DNA of 62,948 nucleotides, the filler included, from Dugesia japonica (lineage: Eukaryota): assembly GCA_001938525.1 (NCBI GenBank). It is 5 parts of 5 records of this genome, joined end to end, with 100 filler letters (N's around TTAATTAATTAA, not from the genome) between each part and the next. Parts side by side here need not be neighbours in the genome. Positions count along the whole stretch, not along the records: positions 11,287 to 22,783 come from MQRL01597080.1; positions 22,884 to 31,385 come from MQRL01598403.1; 3 more parts are not named here. One strand, 5' to 3'. The notes below the pieces were generated by a model. It made no database searches and had not been told where the DNA came from. It saw only the letters and a list, made by a program, of their open reading frames with translations. The translations under genes and the position numbers were made by a program. Below, in pieces: positions 11,384-24,159 of this stretch (positions within the stretch are counted from its first letter, which is position 1; the number at the start of each line of letters is the position of its first letter).

Positions 11384-12890
11384 TTGTGTCCATTAAAATT
11401 TCCCACGGTGAGTCTTGAACATCTAAAGGTGAAGGTAAATTAGAAAATAAGATACAAATAATGCAAAGTCTATAAACAGGATAATACAACACCATTGAAC
11501 AATGTTGTTTACTAGTAACACATAATGCAACACAACTTGATCTTGTTGGCACGTCATCTTTTCTATTAACGAATTCAGATATTTCACAGCTTGATTCCTT
11601 AATGGTTCGTAAAACAAAGAAATCCAAATCTGAAAATAAAATTAATTAATTTAAAATTACAATCTGTAATATAATTAATAATATTATGAAATAATAATTC
11701 ATGTAATAGTTGTTATAATTATTATTATTTTAATCAATATTCTACAAATTCGGAATCCCTATTTTTTGAAAAGATTTTTCTATGTACTAAATATTATAAT
11801 TTCTTTGCAGCATATATTCTTAATTCTTTCGAAATTATGACTATTAATATTGAAATAAGGATAAAAGTTGTTTTTAGTCATTTATTTCTGCTGGAGAAAC
11901 AATACCTTTTACAAATAATATTTCAGTTAAAAAATATAAGTATATATAAAATATCAGTTAATATTAGTATTTTCAGTCGATCTCGGAAGTTAAGGAGTAT
12001 TGAACTTCGTTAGTACTATAATCGTGATTAGTGTCGACTGAGCCAGTTTAGACTTTGATTAGAGATAATCTTACGTATTTCCAGTCCAAGAAATGTTCAC
12101 CATTTCGAACCTAGATTCTTACTTATTTGATACGAAGCATGTTAGTCATTGAAACTTTTATTAGGAGTCTTTGCTTTTAATATTCGAAGCTTTCAGCAAT
12201 AAATTGTCAATGTAAACTGAATTCAGCCGCACGGTACGCATAACCGGTAGCTGATAATTATTATCAGACGTTGTCCTGCTGTTTCATAACTTAGACAACA
12301 CTTCTAAGCTGCCCAGTAACCTAAGTTTTTTATCGGCATGTTTATCGCGGCGTGTCTCATACATTTAGTTGCTTTATTTCAATTTAATATTAATAATTTC
12401 TGAATTATTTTTAAATAAATAATATTAAAATGAATTAACGGATTTCATAAATGAACTTTAAAAGATTTCATTTAAATAGAAATGAAACATTTGTATTCTA
12501 AGCAATATTAAATATAATGTATAACTTTAAAAATATAAATAAAATATTATTATAAAAATAAATTAAGAATTTTAATTTAACAAAAATAAAATTTCATTGT
12601 GACCTACATTGAATGACATATTTTACATATCTAGAACTGGATATATCACTTTCCGTATCAGAATATTTCAAACAAATTCTGCAAAAGAAACTTTTTGCAT
12701 CTATTAAAAATTCAACACAGTCCGGATAAATATTTGTACATTTTTGTTTACAGGCTGCAAAATTTTTTAAAATAACTTTATTTTTAGTCAAGTCACAATT
12801 GGTTTTCTGAATTCTTGATACTTCGAATATTTGACAATTGTTTTGTTGAGAAAGAATATTTATTAATAACACTATGTAAACATAAATCAT
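11384..12890 (-). CDS. Host secreted protein with two PAN/Apple-like domains (exon 1 12890-12608, exon 2 11629-11384; continues toward the gap)
   Basis: Hydrophobic signal peptide MIYVYIVLLINILSQQ. Each exon has a CxxxC..C..CxxC pattern. GT-AG sites give matching phase-1 junctions with no internal stops. Confidence 0.65.
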
Positions 12891-13750
12891 GTTTCAATGA
12901 ATTGTTGAAAATGTCAATTTGTAAATATTGTATTCAAATCACAGTTACTAATTTTATAATTTCATTATAACAATTTATGAAAGTAATTTCCAATCGGTTG
13001 TCATGCAATAATGTGAATCGTTACCTTTTTTGTTTAAATTAATCGTAAAGAAAATGTATAGAAAAATTGATTTATTTTACATATCGAGAATTTTTCAGTC
13101 TATCATATTTATTTTTGTTATGATATGAGAAATTATATTGTTTTATTTAGATATTTTACAATAAATCAAGGAATCGCAAAACAAGTGATTTTCAAATAAA
13201 AAGTAAACACATGTTTACATGTTGCCTCATTGAACCAATACTCCTTCCCTCGACGGGGTAGAAAATGTTTTGGTGCAAAATTTGAGTGATAGAAAACTTT
13301 TACGCCACTTTTTAATTTCTACTTATTTAAAGTCATTAAATAAGTCATAACGGAGACGGATATATGTTTTCACAAGTATTATTCATTTATTATTAATCAT
13401 CTCGCTCTTTGAAATAAATATTGGCTCATACGGACTAAAACTTTATATTTTTTACTACGATTTTTGTTTCCATGGAAAATGAATAATTTATATCAATATA
13501 TCCAACATATCATAAATTATTTCATCTATTTTCATTTTTTGTAACACGTACATATTAACTTTGTTTATAATTTCTTTGTTATGCCTGCACTAGTTATGCA
13601 GTTACATTGCACCTGAGTTGCAATATTTAAATTAAACATTTTTATTAAAAACTAAATAACTAAACAAATAACCACGTAATTAACTAAATAAAACTAAATA
13701 ACTAAAGAAATAACCACGTAATTAACTAAATAAAAATAAATAACTAAAAT

Positions 13751-13974
13751 AATTCATTTAACATAAAAGCTTTGATCAAAATTTTGGTTTTTTATTGATA
13801 TTGATATATTTAAAAAGTCAATTCTTGACGTAGACAAGATTGAAATATCGAGTTGTTATCCAATATCAATAAAAAAACTAAAATTTTGCTCAAAGCTTTT
13901 ATATTAAATGAATTCTATAAAACGATCAATGGTTATGTCCAACACTTATTCTCGCAATAATTGCAATTGTAAAA
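13751..13974 (+). mobile_element. Inverted-repeat mini-element with minimal hammerhead-like motif (Penelope pLTR-like)
   Basis: Arms 13751-13803 and 13861-13914. Loop carries CAATTC-TTGACGTA-GAC..-GAAA-TATC-GAGTTG. 60-bp tail shared with the copy at 31527. Confidence 0.6.
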
Positions 13975-15644
13975 CTAAAATAAAACAAACAAATTTCGAA
14001 AAATATAATTCATTGAATAAATTTTTATCGTTTATATAATGTTTGAATTTCTTTTTCCTTTTTCTTTCTAGATCACTAAAAAAATNANTTAATACATTTT
14101 TAATACAAAAATTTATACGTTTACCATTATTTATTCGGTTTTAATAAAGCTGATTGAGTTTAATGGATTGCCTACAGCAATTTATGAGAAAAAGTACTGC
14201 TTATCTAATGAGTAATGTCTATATAGTACATTTATATTCTTCTCCAGAATACTTCTTTATTGTCAATGTTTCATATTGTCACTTTGTGATATTTTAAATT
14301 TTTGAAAACATCACTTAGAACTTTTCGTCCAGATTATAGCAGTCAAGATTTCATTGATGACTGATTTCTGTATTTTTTTAATATTATGCTTAGGTGTACT
14401 TAGGTGTATTAGGGGGCTCAGAAACACAATACGATTGTGCCGGTATATTTGTGCTAGTTTTTTTTCTAATCTTTTTTGATCGGATCAAATTTATTTTGAT
14501 TGGATCAGTTTTTTTGATCCTCGGGGTGTATGTGTACGTAATTTTAATTTTTCAAATTGTTGTGTGTTTGGGTTGTAAAAAGAGTTAATTTAAAGTAGCT
14601 CAAGTTGAGTTTGTGTGCGTGTGTGGGTGGAAAAGGATTTTGGACTTGAAGGAGAGCTGGAGATCTTGGGGGTTTTTAAGATTTGGTTGTGATTGGACAA
14701 ATATTTAGTCTATACATTGTTTAAAGGACTAATAGGGTGGGATGGATGGTTTTCGCTACAAGTGTCGTAGCGCACTGACACATGAGTATGAGTTATCGTG
14801 ATTTTTTTGGGAGGGTGTATGTTTATACTGGGTAAATGGATTTTGGTGTTTGATATATTGTTAGAAATATAATGTAATGAGGAATATTTAGGATGTCGAT
14901 TGTGCCAGAAATTCGGATTTTTAGTGTTTGAATTTGATTGGTTAATATTTGTAACTAGTATAAGTGTGTTAAAATAATTTTTCCGGAGTGGGATAGTATC
15001 ATGCGTGAAAAGAGAATTAATTATCGGATTTTTTAAGATTTATTTGAAATTTGTCTGACGTGAGTGTATGATGTCATAATCTTTTGAAATCTTTATTTTG
15101 AGTAAAAATACTGTATTTTGCATAAAATGATGAACTTATTGAAAGTAATGGTATTTTTGAAAAATGATGTATTTTGAGTACTTTTTAGTGTGAATGTGTA
15201 ATTTTTAATATTTTTTTAACATAGAAGAGGAAAGTCTTGATATTTTTTTGATGGGAATTTTAAAAATTTATTTTTAACGGGAAATTTTAAAAAAATATTT
15301 TTAGACGAGGGAAATTTTTAATTAAATTTAATTAAATGTAATTAAATATTATTAAATTTAATTAAATTTCTTTCGAAAAGAATTTATATCTATGTATGTG
15401 ATGGAATAGTCTTGATATTTTGGAAGGGATTAGGGTATTCTCTATATTATTACAAGATATCGGAGAGTCTTGATATTTCACAGTAGATGGGTCAGACTTG
15501 ATATTTTTGCAAGAGATTGGGGCAGTCTAAAATTCATAGGCATGTGATTTTCAGTGTATGTGTGTTGCATCTGAGTTGCATCTGAGTTTTATTATGTATT
15601 CATTATTTAAAGAAAATTCTTCATTAGAAAATGTAAAAATTATA

Positions 15645-16201
15645 ATGGCTTATTCTAAAGTAATTTATCATACTGTACAGTTATAGGATGAATTAAACAT
15701 AACAGAAATAGACCAACTAAGTAAAAGTTTAACAGAAAGCGGATCTGTACTATTTAATACAATTTCTTTCAAAGCAAAAAATCTATTTCAATTCTCGCTG
15801 AAAGATGATATCAAAACGGTTACATTCAATAAAGAACATTGGGCTTAGAAAAAGAATATTATTCACTGGAAGATAAGAAAAATGGTGTAATACAAGGTGA
15901 TATTAATCTAAAAATCATTAAGTTCCATTAGCAAATGTTCATCTATAGTAGCCTTGTTGAACCTATAATAGTAGGAGATGTTAGTGTACCTTTGTTGAAA
16001 TCAGTATGGATAGAAAAGTTTGAAACTGATGAAGTAGTACAAATAATAGTTGATAGTTTAATCTTTTTAGCTATTGCAACATTATGTATAAACAATGAAG
16101 AAATTAATATACGGAATGATAACGGAAAATTAATCAAGTTTCCAAAAGATTCAAAAATCCATTTTACTTTACATTTAAGAAAACTAAATAATGAATCCTG
16201 A
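15645..16201 (+). pseudogene. Adintovirus/Polinton minor capsid (penton)
   Basis: FIYSSLVEPIIVGDVSVPLLK..EINIRNDNGKLIKF..FTLHLRK matches the characteristic penton C-terminal pattern. Confidence 0.8.
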
Positions 16202-16635
16202 TATTTTTTCAATGTATAGTACTAGCCAAGCAGATGGAGAATTAATTTACTTTCTTGGAAAACAGTATGGATCCGGTTGGTTGAAAAGAATAGGTAGATT
16301 TGCTTTGCCGATTCTTAAACGCATTGGTTTTTTTGGTATGAAAACAGTTCAAGATGTACTAGCTAATGACGGAAAAATACTACCCACATTGACATCTAAT
16401 CCATTGGTTGAGCTGGGAAATGTTATGTCATTGTTACCTAGCGGAGTAACTAGTATGATTCTAAAAGTANCAAACATATTGCCGCAAAGTATAACTAATG
16501 AAATAACATCTGAAATAACTAATATGCTATTAAATCAAGTCAAAGCACCACAAAATACTAGAAAACGTAAGAAATCTCTTGGATCACATATAAACAAACG
16601 TATGAGAGGCCATAGAACAAGATTTGAAAAATTAT
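16191..16635 (+). pseudogene. Adintovirus/Polinton core-like protein between penton and hexon (pX-like)
   Basis: QADGELIYFLGKQYGSGW..RFALPILKRIG..QDVL motif, basic C-terminus RKRKK, and conserved gene position. Confidence 0.65.
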
Positions 16636-17838
16636 TTGCGGTAAAACTGAATTATGTACTTTTGATCGACCATATCCTCAAGCTGTAATTGAAAGTGGTA
16701 GTTTCGAAGATGTCTTTCCAATGAATTCAATTTCTGAATCACAAAGTGACGTAGAATCTTTTATAAATAGATCTCAACAGAATATTTGGATTTGAATGAT
16801 ACTTTATCGTATATTAACGTGAAGGTAGTTGATAAGGCTGATAATGGTTTGACTGACACTCATGATGCAGATCCTATTAATTATATGCTGCATACGCTTT
16901 TTAAGAATGTAATTCTTTCGTTTAATAATTACAAAATTGAAGGTGAACAGGGATCTTATCTTCACAAGGCATTAATTGAAACTATATTAAATTATAATGG
17001 TGATAGTAAAATTATCTGTCTTGCAGCAATGGAATATAGATCAGAAGCAGACAGGAAAAAGTCTATTAAAATATCAAAACAATTGGCTCTTTGTGGTTCA
17101 TTGAAACTCGATTTCATGGATCAACTAGAAATACCCTATTCCTGGTGTCAATGTTCATATTCGATTGAAACTATTACCAGCTAGGATTTGTTTGGAATCT
17201 GCAACCAATAAATCTAAATATGTATTACTAGATGCAAACTTAATGATTAAAAATGTACTCGTTGAACCCTCAGTACTAATTGCTCATCAATTGGTTCACA
17301 AAAAGCTAAATGCTGTTTACCCAATAAGAACCAAAGAAGTTGTTGCATTTGCAATTAGTAAAGATAGTTCATCGTTTTTTAAAGAACAAATCTTTGGTGA
17401 TCGTCGATTACCTAGATTTACTTTGCTTACATTTCAAAGTGGTGAACAATCTAATAGTAGCTATAAAAGTTCGAGTTCAACATTTCAAAATGTAGATGCT
17501 GTTTCAGTTTCCTTGACAAAAACAGTGATTATCGAGAAATATATACTCAAGAATTTACAAACGATAATTATGCCACAACATATATGCATCTATAGTAGGA
17601 AATATGGGATATTTGGATAAGAATATGAATTGTGGAATAACACTTTAAGAGTTTAAGGATAATTATCCATTTTTTACATTTGTTCTTGCTCCAGATTTTG
17701 ATATAAATCAGAGCCAATTACCTCAGCAAGGAAATTTGAGATTGGGTATCAAGTTTGCCAACAGGGGCATATGTTATAATTTATAAAGTATTTGAAAAAG
17801 AAATTCCGATTAAAGAAAACGGAATAGTATTAGTGTAA
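16630..17838 (+). pseudogene. Adintovirus/Polinton major capsid protein (hexon), frameshifted
   Basis: ELCTFDRPYPQAVIESG..FP, DLNDT, PINYMLHTLF, KALIETILNY, IFGDRRLPRF, FFTFVLAPDF and QGNLRL motifs in order. Confidence 0.85.
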
Positions 17839-17899
17839 ACAATATATTGTGTAATTAGAACATGTTATGAAGTAAGTGTTTTTATTTTAATGACTTTTA

Positions 17900-18303
17900 T
17901 TTTAATAATACTATTCAGATTGATTGGATTGCATCAAAGTGGTTTGGATTAACATGGTTATGTGTTTATGCGTTAGACAAACCTCCAAAATATATTCCAG
18001 TAAACAATACTTTAATTGTCAATACTCATACATCAAATCTAGGTGGAGATCATTTAATATCTGTTTACAACAAACCTATTCAAATAATGGTATTCGATCC
18101 ATTAACATTTCATTATCCATCAATGTTGGCGTCACACTTATCGAAAATATCAAAACCAATAGTCTACAATAAAATCCGAAATCAAGATTAATTTACAACT
18201 ACATGTGGTCAACACTGTTTATCATGGTTGAAAAAACAACATTGTACTAGACAATATTTATTTGTTCTTGTTGTTAAAAATAAATGTCTTTTATTGAAAT
18301 GAA
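17900..18303 (+). pseudogene. Adenain-like (adenovirus-type) cysteine protease
   Basis: VYALDKPP..LIVNTHTSNLGGDHLISV..MVFDPL (catalytic His and Asp regions) and, after a frameshift, QD*FTTTCGQHCL (catalytic Cys). Confidence 0.8.
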
Positions 18304-18964
18304 ATCTTTATTTATTAAAACTAAGAATAAAAAGAATTGAATAACAACATTTATTTATAAAATATTTGTAAGTAATATGCTAATAATACATGTTTTTAAT
18401 ATTATTTTGACACGTTTTATTATCAAAAAAAATAAAATTAATATCTGTATATTTTAAATTAATTTGACATTTTAAAATACGCACATACTCGAATTCGATT
18501 GGTTAGATTTGATTGGATGGATTTGAAAACCTTGGTAAAAGTTATTATTATTCATCACAATTTCAAACTAGAAAACCAGTGAACCAAATTCAAGAGAGCT
18601 TAAAATAATTTGTTAATATTATTAGCATTATTATTTTATTTTTAGATTTATCATGAATTCGTATAAACAAAATGGAAGAAGATTTAATTCAAATATAAAT
18701 GCTGTAAGATTGTTATTATTTATTATTTATAAATTAATTAAATAATTTAGAATTTTTGACGAAATGATGCATAGAGGTGAAGGATCTCAGATGTTCGTGA
18801 ATGGAGATTCACGTAAGTTTTTTTCGTTTTTTATTTTATAAGTTAAATTTTATTAAATTATTTTTATAAGTTTAATTTTAAAAATTATTATGATAAACAA
18901 ATATTATATCATGTGTTCCATGATAGTTTCGGTGATATGATATTATGAAGAAATGCTCTGTTTT

Positions 18965-19440
18965 TTAATGAAAACGTTCTATGCTTTTATCATTTTTTCT
19001 GAGAAAATTGCTACGCCAATATGTTTTTAGCTCTTCAGTTGCACGTATAAAACAAACTTTGATGTATTCATCATCAGTGAATGATTTTACTATTTTTGCG
19101 ATTTCTAAAAATATTGCAAAGTTTGTCAGATTCACATTGTTGGAAGATTGCACCCAGTTACTTAGTATGAAACTTGACTGTTGAATTCTTCAACATCTTT
19201 ATTTTTGTACGTCACCNNNNNNNNNNNNNNNNNNNNNNNNNNNNNNNNNNNNNNNNNNNNNNNNNNNNNNNNNNNNNNNNNNNNNNNNNNNNNNNNNNNN
19301 NNNNNNAATGAGACAAGTCGGCAGACCATTTGTGCTGTCTATGAATGAAAACGACTCCTTCCAATCCTGATTAAATTCTCGGTTTTCTTTTTTAGTTCTT
19401 TTCTTTTTCTACAAGATGACATGCTTTGACGGAGCTGAAA
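18965..19440 (-). mobile_element. hAT (SPIN/Buster, GTF2IRD2-like) transposase N-terminal remnant
   Basis: KENREFNQDWKESFSF..GLPTCL and EIAKIVKSFTDDEYIKVCF motifs. Confidence 0.7.
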
Positions 19441-21247
19441 AAAGGATTTTTAATATTTTACTTAGCTATCTAAGTTGTAAACAATTTATTTAGCATTATT
19501 ACTTGTTAACAATTAACATAATCATCAGATGTGTAATCAAATTATGTTAAGGATTTTACTATATTAAACGCCTATATATCGTTGAGAAAATACTCCGTTT
19601 AGAAAGAAAATTCTTCCTGAAAAAACAAGAAAGTTTAATGCAACATATGCAACGTAGTGCGACCACGCTGCGCAATACAAGAATGACAAACTGACAATAT
19701 GACGGTGGCTGTTTGTGTAAGGGGGAAATGTATTGAAATTGGCTCAACTGAAATGTTAAGCAAAGTAATTTGTAATTAACGATTATGAAAATAAAAGCAA
19801 TTAAAAAATCAGGTATTTAAAAATATATTTTCTTATTTTTAAGTGTATTGATAATAATATTGTTTTTGTATGAAACTGGAAAGCCTCAATTTTACATAAA
19901 TAGATGAGCTAGGCCGATCTAAGCAAACTACTTTTTTTATTAATATAAGTATGTGAATGACACCAACCCCCACACTAGCAAAAATCCATAATATGTGATT
20001 TAAATTTGATAAGGGTTTTCATGGATTTATTGATTTATGATTTTTGAGACGATCCAATTTTCGATCAGATCGAATTGCTTAAATTTTTTANNNNNNNNNN
20101 NNNNTTAAATTTTTTATTTTTATTTAATGGGGGAATTATCTGTGAATTTTAAATTTTGTTTTAATTTTTTTGGCATTGGTGTGTGTTGGTATTGTGTGTG
20201 TGTGAAATATGTGGGTGTATGTGTTCATGTGTATATGTTTTATGGTAGTGTGTTGTTTGTGTGTACACATATGGTGATAAAACCAAAATTTGACTCAAAT
20301 GGTGTGTCTGTTGATTTTACCTTTTTTGATGTTTTAATGATTGTTTTGAAGTGAACCACGGATTTAATTCATACGTTGTCTAAACGATTTATGGTCTAAA
20401 GTGCTTCAGATGATTAAAAATGGTTTTTTCTATAAAAAAATGCTTGCTGTTTTACAAATAATAAAAATAAATGTTGTTTTTTATATAAAAAGTTATTAAG
20501 TTTGATAACAATCTAATTAGGTTTTTTTCAATGTTTTGATTTCCAAATGACACCTGCAGTATTAATTGACGTTTTATTACCTTAGATTTCCACCTTGATC
20601 ATCCATTTCATTTCATTTGTATATGTATTTTTGTCACGCTCTTTGAAATTAATGATTTCAATATCCTTANNNNNNNNNNNNNNNNNNNNNNNNNNNNNNN
20701 NNNNNNNNNNNNNNNNNNNNNNNNNNNNNNNNNNNNNNNNNNNNNNNNATCATAACCGTTTCTAAAAGAAAATATTACTTTATAAACAATAAATAAAAAA
20801 TTACTTTAAAGTCATAAATAATTGGTGTCTTCAGCAAATACATTTTGTGATGATGAAAATCATTAATCTTCACGAGTTCCATTAAAATTAATGATACATT
20901 ATTCTAATTCAATTAATTTTCTTGTATTTTTTATTTGTAAAAGTGGTTAATTTTATGAAAACCATTGCTTATATACTCGTTGCGATACATACATACTCGT
21001 TTTTTGATAGTTTCTATTAGTCGTTTTAAAGGGTATGATTGGTTGTTGTTTTTATGATTGAATATTATTCGCTTTAAATGACATGATTAGTTATCCGAAT
21101 TATATAAATAGGACATGTTTTTTAATATAAATTCACTTTTTTTAAAAAACTCCTAGAAGATTAATTTGAAGTTGCTGCACCAGCGGGCAGTGTTTTGCAA
21201 AATGAAGATATAACAAAATTAATTGAGGACATTCATGTAGCAAACGT

Positions 21248-21296
<49 letters not shown>

Positions 21297-22119
21297 ATAT
21301 ATAACATTTACAATATGAATGCTGCACAATTGCAACGCACACTCACTAAAAGATGTTATGTTTCCCAAATATTCAAATGATTGGAAAACAATAATTTTTA
21401 AAATAATTATTAGTTCTTAATTTAATGTCATAAAATTAATGAATATATTAAGCAAGATAAGAAAAGAAAATAACCGATCATTTCAAAATGTTTTTATATA
21501 AAAATCTGTCCAATCATTATGTCAACGATTTGAAAGCAATTTTTAACCCGCCTTGTCAATAACTGTCCAGCTTTTATGGGTTCCCTTAATATACTTATGT
21601 CAAGAGATGTTTACTCTCGACAAATTAAAAATATTTTAACTTTGATTCTGTTGACATAACTAATAAACGAGCCCTAATTGTAATAATTGATTGTATTACA
21701 AATTGCTTTTCAAGCAAATTATAATGATCACTTCATTGAAATCGTTTACATTTGAAATTAAAAAGTAAAAGAAATTTTCATTGATAAAACTGTAAAGCTT
21801 TTCTATATTTATCACTAATATATTTTATGATATATTTTATAATTCGGTTTTTTTTACAAAAATATTAATAAACAACTAAAGAAACTTTTGACTTAAATAG
21901 AAATACAATAGTAAACAGACATGTAAAAGCGGAGATTTTTAGCAATTTAATTTTCAATTCTCACCATGAAGACGTTATCAGAGAAACCAATGTCAGTTCG
22001 AAAGGTTTAGTAAGAACATACTGATATGGTTGTCTTCACACAAAACATAATGTGAACTGAATAATATTAATTTAAAAAAATAGAGATGTCAATAAGATCC
22101 TCTTTGGAAGAACACATCT

Positions 22120-22343
22120 CTAGCAAACATGAACTTCACAAGAATCTCTAGTTGGATGGTTTGTATCAGCATTATAACACCATTCTTCTACCGAATTATC
22201 TGGGTTTCGACAGTAGTTATGATTAAACTTTGTAAATGTATTTTTATTGGGATAGTCTGTATTCCAAAATTGGCATTTTTGATTATTTGAATTACGAGCC
22301 AATATTCCTTCATAAGGCTTACCAGGTGATTTGCATCTGAATC
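22120..22343 (-). CDS. Terminal kringle-domain exon of a host PAN-kringle gene (upstream PAN-like exon ~22660-22780 has stops, so possibly a pseudogene)
   Basis: C..YEG..KCQFW..HNYCRNPDN..EWCY..SCEVHVC* is a canonical kringle, with a phase-1 AG acceptor at 22344-22345. Confidence 0.8.
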
Positions 22344-22883
22344 CTGTATTAAATTAAAACAAAATAATTAAGTAAAATATTTCAAATAAAATTTATAAAT
22401 ACAAATATAAACAAAGCCAACATAAACAACAAATATAAACAATGGAATGCTATGATAAGGAAATTAGTTGGCGAAAACATAAGATCTAAAAGATATTACT
22501 AAATATTGTGACTCCTCAAATAATATGACCATAAAAAATTATTTACTTATTATTTGATCCAATCTATATGCATGTTTGATTAACTTAAGTATATGGTAAA
22601 TAAATAAAAATACAGACTTTTATTTTTTTCATCATACTTTTTAAATTCCATGACTCACATTATATGGTAATGTTCATGAGATACAGATTAGTAGATTCCT
22701 TGGTACCATAACAAGATATTATGCAAGTGGTGGAAGTAATTTGAGCCGTATATTAAAAGCAGTTTGATGGAATTCAATGTTCTNNNNNNNNNNNNNNNNN
22801 NNNNNNNNNNNNNNNNNNNNNNNNNNNTTAATTAATTAANNNNNNNNNNNNNNNNNNNNNNNNNNNNNNNNNNNNNNNNNNNN

Positions 22884-23746
22884 TTTACATCTGCATATCG
22901 TCCCCAAGGAAATGGAATGTGTGAACAGAATCATCGTACGATAAAGACCATGGCCACACGAACAGGAAAAACGGTGGCCGAGTGTGTGTTGTGGTACAAT
23001 AGTACTGCAGGCAGACATCATGCAAGTCCATATGAGCTTATGTTTCGTGTTGAGCCGCGTTTACCCAATGTAGGAGAAAGAAGCTCAGCTGAACATGCTA
23101 CAGGATCAAGCCGATCAAGCAACGATGACTATGATCCTTACCAAGATTTGGACAACAATCCGTTTAAGATTGACGATTTAGTATACTTGCGATCTACTGG
23201 CAGATGTGATGATTCTTGGATGGGGCCACATAAAATCTCGAAAATTCACTCGGCGGTTAGTATCGAATTGGATAGTGACGGTGTGTCAAGACACGNNNNN
23301 NNNNNNNNNNNNNNNNNNNNNNNNNNNNNNNNNNNNNNNNNNNNNACTCGGCGGTTAGTATCGAATTGGATAGTGACGGTGTGTCAAGACACGTATCACA
23401 TGTTCGAAAGTTCCAAGATAAATCTTTGCTTTATGAGGAGAAAGAAATGCAGTATGAGATCGCAGATGATAGTGAGACAGACATTGACGATGAAGCTTTT
23501 GATGATTCAATGTCTAATGATTATGAAGCACAAGGATCAACTACTCAGAGGGAAGCGCTAAAAGAGCGTACAAGACGTTTACCAGCGCGTTTAGCCGATT
23601 ATGATCTTGATTGTTCTTGAGATCATGGGAGCGTGTTATATTAATTATGAGTTTGTTTTAATATCGGAATTAACGAGACAGATTTGCTTTTGAAATTGAA
23701 TAAATAAATTTTGGTTACAGTCCATTTTTAGTTATTGTTCTCAACA
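22884..23746 (+). mobile_element. Ty3/gypsy integrase 3' end, PPT and short 3' LTR (23634-23746)
   Basis: SAYRPQGNGMCEQNHRTIK, WYNST..SPYELMF, WMGPHKI and RRLPARLADY*. Purine tract GGGAGCG then TGT...AACA with AATAAA. Confidence 0.85.
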
Positions 23747-24159
23747 TTAAGAATCTTTGAAAAATGTTTATTTACTTTTTTTAATTATTTTAATTATTTA
23801 TTTTTAATTTTTAACTTTTAATTTTTGTGATTATTTAAAATATTTGAAACGTTAATTATTGAAAATATTTTTTTTTAAATATTTGAAAAATTTTTTTTTA
23901 ATTATTCTATTTAATGATAGAATTTTTAATCATTGAAATATTTTTTTGAAATTACTGTAATTAGTGAAAATTTTTCTGAAAATTTGTAATAATTGTAATT
24001 GTTAAAAATCACTTTAATCTCAGGTTTCTCTTCTTTAATTAATATTTGTTCATATTTTTTTCTGTGAAGTGTAGAAATGTAGCCTGTTCCTAATGTTTTA
24101 CAGATAATCATTAAAAACATTGCTTTAAATAAACGAATTACAGTGATGATGATTTTTTT

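Noticed and set aside
11960-12363. GC-richer intronic block as an ncRNA or solo LTR
   Set aside because: No TSD, no second copy in the window and no recognisable RNA motif.
22660-22780. TAA read-through or alternative genetic code
   Set aside because: TAA, TAG and TGA all occur as scattered disablements together with frameshifts; ordinary pseudogene decay.
23246-23395. Direct repeat across an N gap (also 43312-43440)
   Set aside because: Identical sequence on both sides of a gap; unmerged contig overlap.
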